Positions 1 through 10,900 of a stretch of DNA of 64,000 bases are shown here, one piece after another (position 1 is the stretch's first letter; each line of letters starts with the position of its first letter). Source of the stretch: Lepidodermella squamata (taxonomy: Eukaryota > Animalia > Gastrotricha). The position numbers were made by a program, and so were the translations under genes. Below the pieces are notes generated by a model that did not search any database, was not told the origin of the DNA, and saw nothing but the letters and a program-made list of their open reading frames with translations. The stretch lies in NCBI GenBank assembly GCA_047495785.1, contig JBLDXI010000046.1, positions 682,001-746,000 of the forward strand, given 5' to 3'.

Positions 1-1491
1 CAGTTTCGAGTAGTCAAAAACAACCAACGTGCTCTTGTGAAATTGGTAAACCGTCAACTTCTGATCGTTCGAATCATAAGTAAGGCCGATGAACTTCCAA
101 GCCCAGCAGAGGTTCGGGAGAGCTAGAGAAGCTGCAACGCTGCTGGTTTTCTTGTCATAAACTTTGACGTTAAGCATGAAGTCCTTTTCGCAATAAACGG
201 TCAAAAACGAGTTTTCCAGCTCCATCTCAAATAAACCGCTAGGCCGACCGTCGCCCCAACTGGGATCGCCGTTTTTGTGGTTCAAACTTGAATAGAAAGA
301 GACTGCAAATCCTGACGGCTTCAGAGGTATCATCGAATTGTAGTACGCCAATGTTCTATTGTCGGTACGGTCCATGTCAATGCAGCATCTACCAACAGTG
401 AAGCTTGAATACCAAGACATTTGTCCGTAGGGCGAATCAATATCCAACGAGGCGCTCAGCGATCGGTCTGAAGGCTCGACTCCGCAAATCTTGTCGTTCA
501 TCCTTGCGATTTTGTCCATATACGGGGCGAATACCAGAGATTGAGGTGCAGGCCATGGAACACCGAGTTGAACTGTAAAGTAATCATCAAAATTTCAGAT
601 TTTGGCAAAAGGAGATGATCGAATTTACCATTTCCTACGCGCTTGCAGTCAATCGTGGAAGATTTCTGGGGAGCTTCGCGGCAGGATTCCGGCAGCTGGC
701 TAACTTCACTTGCGCTTAAGGCGGCGTTGAACATCGAAAAGCAGAAAAAGTTCTGACCAGGTCTGGACCCATATTCTCGGTAAACGTCCCTATCCAAAGC
801 ATCACCAAGCGTTATTTGACTACAATCACCCCCAGTCTGAAATTGCTTGTTAAGTTTTCCAGTTGCCGACTTGGTTAAGTTGGTCTTGGGATCAATGGCA
901 TAAGCTGTAAGTAGATTTGCCGAACTGTCGTGGGAAATCGCTAAAAATCGCCAGTTGGCATCACACGCGCTTGAGACATTGAGCTTGACGGTAACGGTAA
1001 TATCTTCCTTGTCAAAAACCTTGACAATAAAGTTATTCGAGAGGCACGCAGCAGTTAGGAAGGACTTGTCAGTTTCAATTTCCAGCAAACCAGAGGCAGC
1101 GTCGGTTTCATTCAAAGACTTCAGGTAGAATGATAGCGTGAAGCTTGCCTTTATCGGAACAGGACGATAAATCGTGAGGAAGTCCCAATTTTTGCCGATG
1201 CTTGGATTCAGAGAGTATGAACCAGTTCGATCGCCAAAAGGGTTGTTTCCACCGTCGAATGAGGCGTAAGTGCTTGTGTTCTTCGGGGCTAGGTTGCAAA
1301 TTCTGTCATTCAAATCGTTGTCTCGGTTCATGTGAGCATGAAATACTAGAGCATCGAGTTTTGGCCATGCGGTGGCTGCTGCACAGGCTGTAAAAAGGGG
1401 GACTGAATTTTAATTTTTGATTCACGCTTTCGACTATACCTGACACAAAATACCCGATCGCTAACAAGAGGAGGTTAACTGCCCTCATCAT
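1..1491 (-). CDS. Secreted tandem LamG/concanavalin-A-like double-domain protein (3' end runs off window); paralogue of 32438-34297
   Basis: Signal peptide MMRAVNLLLLAIGYFVS, then a short GT-AG intron, then an exon ACAAATAWPKLDALVFHAHMNR joining ORF 498-1331. A second short intron leads to VQLGVPWPAPQSLVFAPYMDK (domain 2). LamG-like motifs FTLSFY, WRFLAISHD, ITLG, FSMFNAALSASEV. Confidence 0.75.
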
Positions 1492-3154
1492 GCTGTATTT
1501 GAGCGAGTCAATAAAACTGATGGCCAAGCTAAACAGATTTGGTAAAATAAGGCGTTATAGAGGCCTATTAAGAACAGTCAGAGCATAAAACTGGCCACAG
1601 GTATAATCACAACACAAAATTCCTATACGAGAAGGTAAGCAATTATTATTCATTTGCCTGCAAGAATGATATCCCAGGGGCACATCAGAAGAATTCCCGG
1701 AAACTCCCACTTCCCAATCATATCTTGTTAAAAGCTGCAGCAATTATACGCTTTCCTAACACAAGAGAACAGAGAATAGCCGCTATACAAAAAATCCCGT
1801 TTTCTATTCCGGTTATGATTATATCTAATTCGAGCACCAACGGTAGTTGCATGCGGTTTTTTCCCCGCGAGCTGCCAAAGCCATTCATTTGGCTCGAAAT
1901 AAGTAGGCTACAAATAAAAAAATCTCGTAGCATCAGTCAGGCCAAGTCTCAAATGAGCCGATTCATCCAGAAGATAAGAAAATTAGCAAGTAATCAACCA
2001 GAGGTTATTTAGTCATCGGCAACGGATGGGCTATTATTGTGCATCAAATTTACAAATTAGTCATGATATCTGAATCTGAAAACGTCATAAAAAATATCTC
2101 TATACTTATATACTGATAAAGTATGGCTTTTTCTCGATATACAAAAAGAATCAATATGTGCTACATAATCACCCAGTTGTGAGTGTATATGTATTGAGGG
2201 TGTGGTCGTATATCGTATTTTTTATACCGAGGAAAAAAATGAAAATATTCTGCGCGATATAAAATATAACAAAGCATCGTGCGCTCTTTTACTGAGTAGA
2301 TCGCGCTTGGCTCTGAGGCAACGTGAGGCAACGTAGCTCCTCTGGGTTTTTCTCCTGGAGTTAGTTTTATATTGGAACGAAGAAGTGATATATAAACAAA
2401 AATCCTAAACTATTATTCCTTGAATCACTTGCTTCTTGCTTATTGTTTTTTTAAAGAAAACCCAAGGAAGCTTCTGGTGTGCTCCGAAATTGGGGAAGGA
2501 GCCTATAATCAACTTTTCGCCTAAATTTGGAGGAAAAACCCTGACAACAAGTAATGAAGAATTTAGCCGATAAAAGATACGCCCTGTCAAAAGTATGTTG
2601 CAAGGCAAAGCAGGCAGAAATGAAGCTATGCTGGTGCTGTCAATAAAGACAGGACAAGAAATACTCCTGATTTTTGATATGTGCGTAGTAAATGTGTTTG
2701 AGCTGTGCCAGATGCGTAGTAAAAATACAGTGCCAATGATATTTATAGTTATGCTGGGTTTTTTTCGATCACGGACCCATATTTCCCAACGCAAGACCAC
2801 TAGCAAGTTAAAAGTGGGACTGGGGCGACACCCCTCTATTTTTTACATCGTGATTGTTGTTGACGGCACCATGATACAACCGTATAATATCGTGCCAAAT
2901 AGAGGAGTGCAAGTCCAATTACCGCATCTCTTGCATCGGTCGCATTCGCAGGAAAAAACAGTGCCGGAATATGCTGCGATAGGTGTCTTCATTGCTCACT
3001 CCGAAAGGGTTACACATACGTCATTTCGGCTAATTTATTCTTTTATCAATTATATTTTCTGCGATTTATTAACAAAATAAGCTGGCAATTTACATACTTT
3101 CGTTATTATTATATGTTCGGATGTTAAGTGTTGTGTCAAGCCGCCAGAACTTCA

Positions 3155-3742
3155 TTATTCTGTGGTGGCGCTTCGACCGGCACAGCAGCTTAGCAAACGA
3201 GCTAGTCTTCGAACGCCGACAGCATCTCGCTTGAGCTCAACAATCAGTTTCTTATGCTGCATGAATTACGGCTATAAAAATGTGTTCAATCAGAATTAGT
3301 TCAAAAACTTACGCCCTGAAGCTCAGTCTCAAGCTCTTTGACTTTGTCCATTACCATTTGAATCTGAAATAATCGAAAAACGATTTCAAAAAAGTTCAAC
3401 TTTGCGAAAATTACTTTTTCACGCGCTGCAGCTTCGACTTCTTCGACCTTGGTTTTCATTTCCGCGACGACCTCTTGAGCTTTTGCAATCTGGAGGAAAA
3501 CGAGACTGAGAGAGTTCACTTTATGAAGCATTTACAAACGTGTTCATCCGCCACTTTCTGCAAGTTATCCACTGTTTCCTCCAAATTCGTGATTTTTTTC
3601 TGCGCATCCTCAATCTGAATAATTATTGAAAGTTGAAGCGAAGCTCGCTGAAAATGGGGTGAAAACTAACTTCCTTCAAGACCGTTTTCCCAAGGTCACT
3701 GTTCTTCGCCATTTTCGTCGCAAAGCCAGTTATCTCGTCCAT
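3155..3742 (-). CDS. Small 5-exon coiled-coil protein of unknown function
   Basis: Phase-0 short introns join MDEITGFATKMAKNSDLGKTVLKE / IEDAQKKITNLEETVDNLQKVADEH / IAKAQEVVAEMKTKVEEVEAAAREK / IQMVMDKVKELETELQG / HKKLIVELKRDAVGVRRLARLLSCCAGRSATTE. The last acceptor is ambiguous (two AGs; the first gives an immediate stop). Confidence 0.65.
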
Positions 3743-4137
3743 TTTCGAGTGCTAAATGGTGGTCACTATATGGCAAAATGTGTAAAGACGAGTTGAAGAG
3801 AGTAAGTATCGCTTGCGAACAAAAAACGTGAGTAGTTTTTACCTGCTGGCAACACTACTACTACGACTACTACTTGACCCGGCCGGGCAGTTCTTCACGC
3901 GAAGTTTTTTCATGATACTGTTTTGGTAATAATGTACAAGCGGCCATTTACGGCGCGATGCTATCGTGTGACCGGTGTTTAAGTAATGAACGCGACAGAG
4001 TGATGATGAAGGGTCGACATTAAAGTGGTCACAGTTTCGCATCGCGGTTTCTGGGTTTTTTTTATGAACGTGACTATAGACTATAGAAAGTAAATTTTCT
4101 CACCGCATAAGGAAATCAAGTACTAGTTCTGAAAAGA

Positions 4138-4794
4138 ATGAGGAGTTGGCATTTTCTAAAAGCCTTTTTCAAAGTTTTTTAAGGTGGACTACTTGAAGAT
4201 TTTGAGACTTCCCAGTCATTTGGAAAAGTGGCCAGTTACAAGCTCAATATCAATGTGAATCAAAGTATCTAGTTCCGGCCTAGGAACCGGTTCGATGTTA
4301 ACAATTTCGAAGGCTTTTACGATGCGCACTGCCCTCAGGATTATTGCCAATCAGCTATCGAGCATAGAGAAGGAAGTTATCTATGCTATCGACCATAAAC
4401 TCTTTCTACCTGAAAATGCTTGGGGGTTATAGCGTGTGCGTTCTTATTCTCAGTTCTCATAGCTGTTGTTGTTTTTACCGGCCCACGCACGGTCATCAAT
4501 CAGCTGATCGCCTCGTTAAAGAGTTTCTCACAGCACTCGGCTTTCTCATCATGGTATTAGCCACCAGCGTGCTGCTTATCTTTAGTCCAATTCTGTAACA
4601 AGATTTTTCTGCTATAGCCAAAAATCGACTCATTTTTCAGAGGCCATTTATTCATAATTAACGAAAACCTTTCACGAATACAAAGCATGCTAAGAAGATT
4701 TAACAAAAATTGGAATTCACATGGTAGAAAAAGCGACGAGATGAATGCAGGAATGTCAGTCACTGAACGAAACTTCAGATCTCACATTTTATAA
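4138..4794 (+). CDS. Possible small multi-exon gene, unknown product
   Basis: Can be spliced with short GT-AG introns into MRSGLLEDFETSQSFGKVASYKLNIN/AFTMRTALRIIANQL...ENAWG/...CCCFYRP...FLIM/PKIDSFF...RSHIL. No recognisable domain and the splice choices are uncertain. Confidence 0.3.
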
Positions 4795-4933
4795 TATCAA
4801 AAACAGAATCGTAGGAATAATACATAGTTGAATGATGTTCGAAAATTGAGGTCAAAGAATGACAAATCTCAGGCTGTGGTGATTCATGGCAAGATCAGAT
4901 TTGGCACAGCTAATCAATCGTTTCACTGCGAAA

Positions 4934-7900
4934 TCAATCCTTTGGCTTGATCAGCATCGCGCTAGATTGGTACTGGAGGCTGAAGCTGAAAAAATAAAGA
5001 CAAACAATTAGGTGATATCGCTTAATCTTTGAGCGTGAAGAACGTCGAAAGAAATGTCCTGAAAATTTGCTTGATCCACTAAAATAAACCTCGAATCTCA
5101 AATCCTCAAATCCTCGCCAAAATAAGTCAATTTTCCAACAAACACTAATTTCAGAAAATGCTTTCCGAATGCCATAGAGAAAAAATGACCAGAGAAAGCA
5201 CTCAAGCTAAAATTTCTAAATCCTCATTTTAATTCAAAGTTGACTTTCTCAAAACGGATATCTCCGTTTTCTACCAAATTTTGCATGCCTATAGAACGCG
5301 AGCTGCTCTTTCACGTGGTATAAGATTTGAGGTGGGCAACCCAACCGTTGTTACGATACACAAACCTCGTTTTCACCATGGTTTTACTTATTTTGATGAT
5401 ATCAAGACTGAGCAGCAATTGCCCACCTCAAATCTTATACCACGTGAAAGAGCAGCTCGCGTTCTATAGGCATGCAAAATTTGGTAGAAAACGGAGATAT
5501 CCGTTTTGAGAACGCACTTCTATAATAATGGAGATCAATATTTTAGCTTGAGCGCTTACTCTGGTCATTTTTTTCTCTATGCCGAATGCAAAGAATAAGC
5601 CTTTGCTCAAAAATTCAGCAATTTGACTCAAAAATTGGGCAGTTGGTAACTGATTTTTCTGCAAATTTTGAGAATTATTTGACCATTTTTCTAAATCTTC
5701 GGTAATTTAGAACGGGTTTGGCTATCCAGCCGATTTTCACAAGTCGGAAAATTGCCGAAGACTTTGGGGCCAGGGAACCCAAGCCCGATATTGTCAATCG
5801 TCAGTGCGTCGTTTACAAGTTTAAGTGTGCCCAGTGCGACGCTGGGTATATCGGTATGACGACGCGCCATCTCCACCAACGCATTGATGAACACAAATTG
5901 GCCTCGAGTTCCATCGGCAAGCACCTCAAGTCACATGATCTGCCGGATAACTTCAATTTGCACACCTGTTTCACCATATTGCGCAAATGCCGCAGCAGGT
6001 GGGAGTGCCTCTTGCACGAAAGTCTTCTGATTAAGAAGACGAAGCTTAAAATCAGCCTTAATGTGCAGACGGACTCGATCAAATTGAAGCTATTTTAGAA
6101 TTCTTGTTATGTTTTTTCTTAATTGTTGTGATTGTTACTGTAATTCCTTTTCTTTTTTGTTTTAGAGTCTGATGATGGTACGAGCTAGTACCGAAACGTC
6201 ACTTTCAAATAAAACTGTCAACAGAATATCGCTCTCCTTTTTGTTAAAGGGTTTGGCACGTGTTTGAACTTGGCAGACCATTAAGTTTTGATGATAGCGG
6301 ACCAGGTTTAAATCGAGGTAGTGCAGTGTGACATGACATACATATATTGATCAGTTAAAGTCACACCCGATGGTAATATTTCCAGAACCATCCGAAACAG
6401 TGTCACACGGTCCGCATGGGGTGGTCTGCCAAGTTCCAAAATGACCAGCTTTTTGGAAGTTGGCAGACCATGTGACAACGGACCAGCGTGACACCTGACA
6501 GACCTGTGTGACATCGAGTCCTGAGTCGTGACATGTATTTCATTTTGACATTTGACCTTATCATATACATGCCATACTTGATAGAAAATCAACATAGATC
6601 GTGATGAAACTCAGGAAATGTAGAATTAAAATGAAAGGTCTTCTAGCACTGAAAACGGCTTGAATGAAGAATCCAACATTCCTGCCCTCAACACCGTTAA
6701 GGATTCCCTATATAAATGGCGCCGGAAAGTCAGCGCATGCTACAATTGCTACGTGTCACCAATGAAATCACGACTATCCATAAACGTGGCTATCGAGCAC
6801 GTGGCATTTCAAGTGGCTTAGCCAGCTTGAACGCCAGGCCCTCACCGAGTCCAGACCGAGCCGTAGGCCGCCTGGACGTCCAGGCCAACAACGATCACTT
6901 CGCGTTTTCTAGAGCGGCCAAGGTGAACTGTGTGATCGATGTAGAGGAACATCGGGTGCAGAGGGTGAGCGCGGAATGCGTACTGGTTGTCGGGTATTGC
7001 GTGTTGGCTCTCCAAAAACTCTCCGAGCCAGCGCGCCACGATGGACTGCAACTGCTTGCCGTCGACGGGCAACAACGAGATCGGCCGCTGAGACGAGAGA
7101 CGAGACAGATCCTAGCAGCTTCCCAGCTTTCGGCACCGGTATCACAGCAGGGTCCTTCCATTCAGGCAGCACAAAACGCGATCCGAGGCTTAGGTTGAAC
7201 ATGAAGTTGGCGTTGCCGCACCTTCTCCACTTGTGGTAGATTGGACTGATGCCATCCAACCCAGGGACTTTGAACGGCTGGAGGCGAGACACAGTATCGG
7301 CAACTATGCGCTGACTGACGGAGAACTCGCCCGGCGCTGGAAGCTGAAGGCGGTCAGCCCGTTGGAGATCAAGTGTAGAGCAGGCGACAAACTGCGCCAT
7401 GTCAGCCCACTGTTGTTTCAAATAAGCATCGGCAGCGGGGTCGGTGAAAGGCGCCGTAGGCTTCACAAATTGATGAGTACGACATCGGCGAGCTCGACCG
7501 ATGGCTCGAGGACACGACCATCATCAAGCTTTTGACAAGACGGGAACGGAAACGGGTCGCCTGGAACAGACAGAGGAATGGCAATAAGCTGCTCGATCAG
7601 CGTTCGCGAAAACCCAAGACGGTCGGCACGGAGACGGAGGCACGGAGCGGGAAGCTCGACCGCAGGTGTTCGTCTACCAGGCGGTATGTTGAAAGATATC
7701 GAGTCACAAAATGATCGCTTGTGTACCGGTCGCCAACAAGTATTCCACCGTGTAGCAGGCGCAGCGCGGCGGCTTTGAGTACCCACCAGTGTTGACAAGG
7801 TGCCCGTGGCTAGGTGAAGTGAGTCGGTTTCGATGAACGAGATCCAGGACCCAAGGCCACGGGGAAGTACTACCAACCGAGGCGACCGGATCCTGTTTCT

Positions 7901-10900
7901 TTCAAGCTGCAGATATTTCCAATATACCGATTTAAATTGTTGGGACTGAAGACCATCGCGACAAGGACTAAGGGCGGAAGCGGTTATCGCCGTCTTCGTG
8001 GCCCAGTTTCCTCGCTCACAATCAACCGGCCGATGAGGGTCGAGCGATCTACTTGAAGCTACATGGTCGCCATTAAGAACCGGTGATTTCAATGAGATTT
8101 AGTTGATGAGGTTAAAATGAGATGAGAAAGTAATAAAAAAAGTTAAAAAAGGTTGATAAATCCTAACAAACCCCAAACTGCCCAGTGATATACCATGGAA
8201 GATAATACGTGTATAATAACGACTTGAAGGTCAATTTAAATATCGGATAGCATGTATATGATAAGGTCAAATGTCAAAATGAAATACATGTCACGACTCA
8301 GGACTCGATGTCACACAGGTCTGTCAGGTGTCACGCTGGTCCGTTGTCACATGGTCTGCCAACTTCCAAAAAGCTGGTCATTTTGGAACTTGGCAGACCA
8401 CCCCATGCGGACCATGTCACGACACTCCGCAGCCATAAAATTTTGATGCCATTCGATGTGACACGAAAGTCACCTTAATAAAATCATGTGTCACACTACA
8501 TTGGAAGCTGTTAATGCTGGTCCGTTTTCAGTCACAGAAAATGGTCCGCCTAGTTCCATCACGTGGGTTTGGCTATCTTCTTTCAATGACAAGAGGGAAA
8601 TTTTGGACATCAACTTGCACATTCATCGGTCTTGAGAGTTTCCAGATCCGGAATTTTTTGTATTTTAATAATTCCAAAAAATGTTTGAATTTTTCCACGC
8701 TAACTTTGCAATTTTTTGCCATTTTTTCCGAATATTTCGATGATCCCTGCGTTACAAATTCATTCGTTTTGCTTTTTCTTATTTACAAAAAAGATTAAAA
8801 AAATATGGTCAACTTACTTGGTTCCTTCATTGCCAGTTTCATGCGCGCTGTCGTAGACAACGCGGCCGATGAAAGATTTCTTCCAGCTGCTGACAAACCG
8901 AACCGGACCTTTGTTCCTGTCGAAGTCGCCGTTATCAGCCAGCGTGAAAGAATGCAACAACTCGCCCTCTGTTAGTTGGTCTACATCGTCCCGATTTTTC
9001 AGCTTGGCAGACTTTCCGTTCCGTCCACGCTTTAGGCACTTTTTCAATCGATAAATCTAAACAAAAATCAAAATTTAAAATAATTCATGGATTTAATAAT
9101 CCAATTAAATTGATTAAAAATAAATTAAAATTCATGAAATTTTTCCGAAGACTTTGTTTTGGTTTGCCTTGCCTTCGGTTTCCTCAAAACCCGAAAGGGT
9201 ATAGACGCTCAGTGTCGCGGGGAAGTGAAACAATAAAATCATTTTCATTTTCGAATTTTTCCGAATTTCTGTAAGAACAAATTGAATTTCAAGCCGAATT
9301 TCGAAAAATTTGAATACTACGAATCAGATATTTAAAAATGATGGAAATGTGTTGCCTCGGGCCTCGGAATTCGGACTTTCCTATTGCGGTTTACGCAGAA
9401 TGACAAGTTCGTAAGGAAACTTATCAGCCTTTCATCTTTCGCTTCTCGGACCCGAAGCGGCTACGTCACCTTTGTCTCCATGGCATGCCGAAATGAATGT
9501 CTCGGGGATAGCAGTCCGATGGATTGTCAATTTCTTGCCATTAGCGACCAAATGTACGGAAAACAAGCTCATCACAACGCAATCCGAAAGAATATCGTAG
9601 ATTTCATGCTCGACAACCCTGTGGCTTCTTTGTTGACTTCATACCGGCGAGTCTTGGCCTCGATGGCTATTGTAAACTTATGCGGCAGGCCAAGTGCTGG
9701 GGCGATAGTGTTACTCTTATGGCGTTCGTTGTCGTGCTATCGACTGGTCTACATCTGTTAGCACCGGCATTACATGAGCTTGAGGCCAGGCAACAAAGAA
9801 ACAGAGTGCTTGAGAAGTGCTACCCTGTGCTTGAAAAGTGAAAAGCGGGATTTGGCAAAATTTGACATCGTGTCGATATTTCGATGTCGCTTTCAAGATC
9901 AATTAACGAGGAGTCGAACGATATCAAAAAGATGTTGATAGCCATCAGGGTTGCTGAGATATCGGACTGCAAAGTATATCGGTGGAAAATGCTAATTACG
10001 AAAAAAGTGCGCCTTAATATTAAAAACTTTTTATTGCGTCGATTAATAATCCTCACGCCTCAATTTCTAATGCTATTTTTGTTGGCAATGCACTGTAAAC
10101 GTGTAAATAGGGTAATCTGAAGTGAGGCATCTTGCTAGATATTCCATAAAATTGTTGAAATTTTTCAGAAAAATACAGAAAATTCGCCAAAACCCACATG
10201 TTAATTTTTACCAGTCATTTTTCATTTTAAAAAATTTCTCTATTTTGCACGACACGGGACCAAAGTTCAAATTTCAGCGAAAATTTTCGAAAATTTCATA
10301 AATATCAATTTTTAGTCCGAATTCCGATATTTTAACAATTAATTTTCAAATAAATTGAAGAAAAATGAATGCAAAATTGAGCGAACCTCGAATTCAGTTT
10401 CTCCAATGCCATCGATGAATTCCTTGTAGCAATCGAGCGCCGCATCGCGGTCGTCGGCATCTACCGAGCTGCCTTCGCCCTCAGCTGAGACCGAAATCGG
10501 CGTCAGTTCAACCTCGAATTTGCCACTCGACATAATCGCGTCATAGAATGACTTGTCGACGCCCTTGAGGATATCATTCTCCAACGAATCGAGCGCGTAT
10601 TTGTGCTGAAGGACAATGCCTATCGCTTCCTTCTTCTTCTTCGAATTTTTAGCAGGTTCCAATTTCCAGAGGTCGAAAATTCGGCACAGCAGTGACTCGA
10701 GGCGGTTCTCCTTCGACTCTTTCGGAGGTTTCGGCAGTTGGCTATCGCTTTCTTGCGAGGATTCGTAGAATAAATTGTAGGATAACGTGAGGCGATACCC
10801 GCTAGTAACTGGCATGACTTCATGCTCGCAATCGGTGAAAAAAGCGACAGCATGGCATCTAGAATATGAGACAACAAATTTGAAGCGAGTTTTTACCTAA

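Noticed and set aside
2405-3080. Overlapping ORFs of 133 and 161 aa
   Set aside because: No domain, signal or splice support; likely spurious or an unrecognisable relic.
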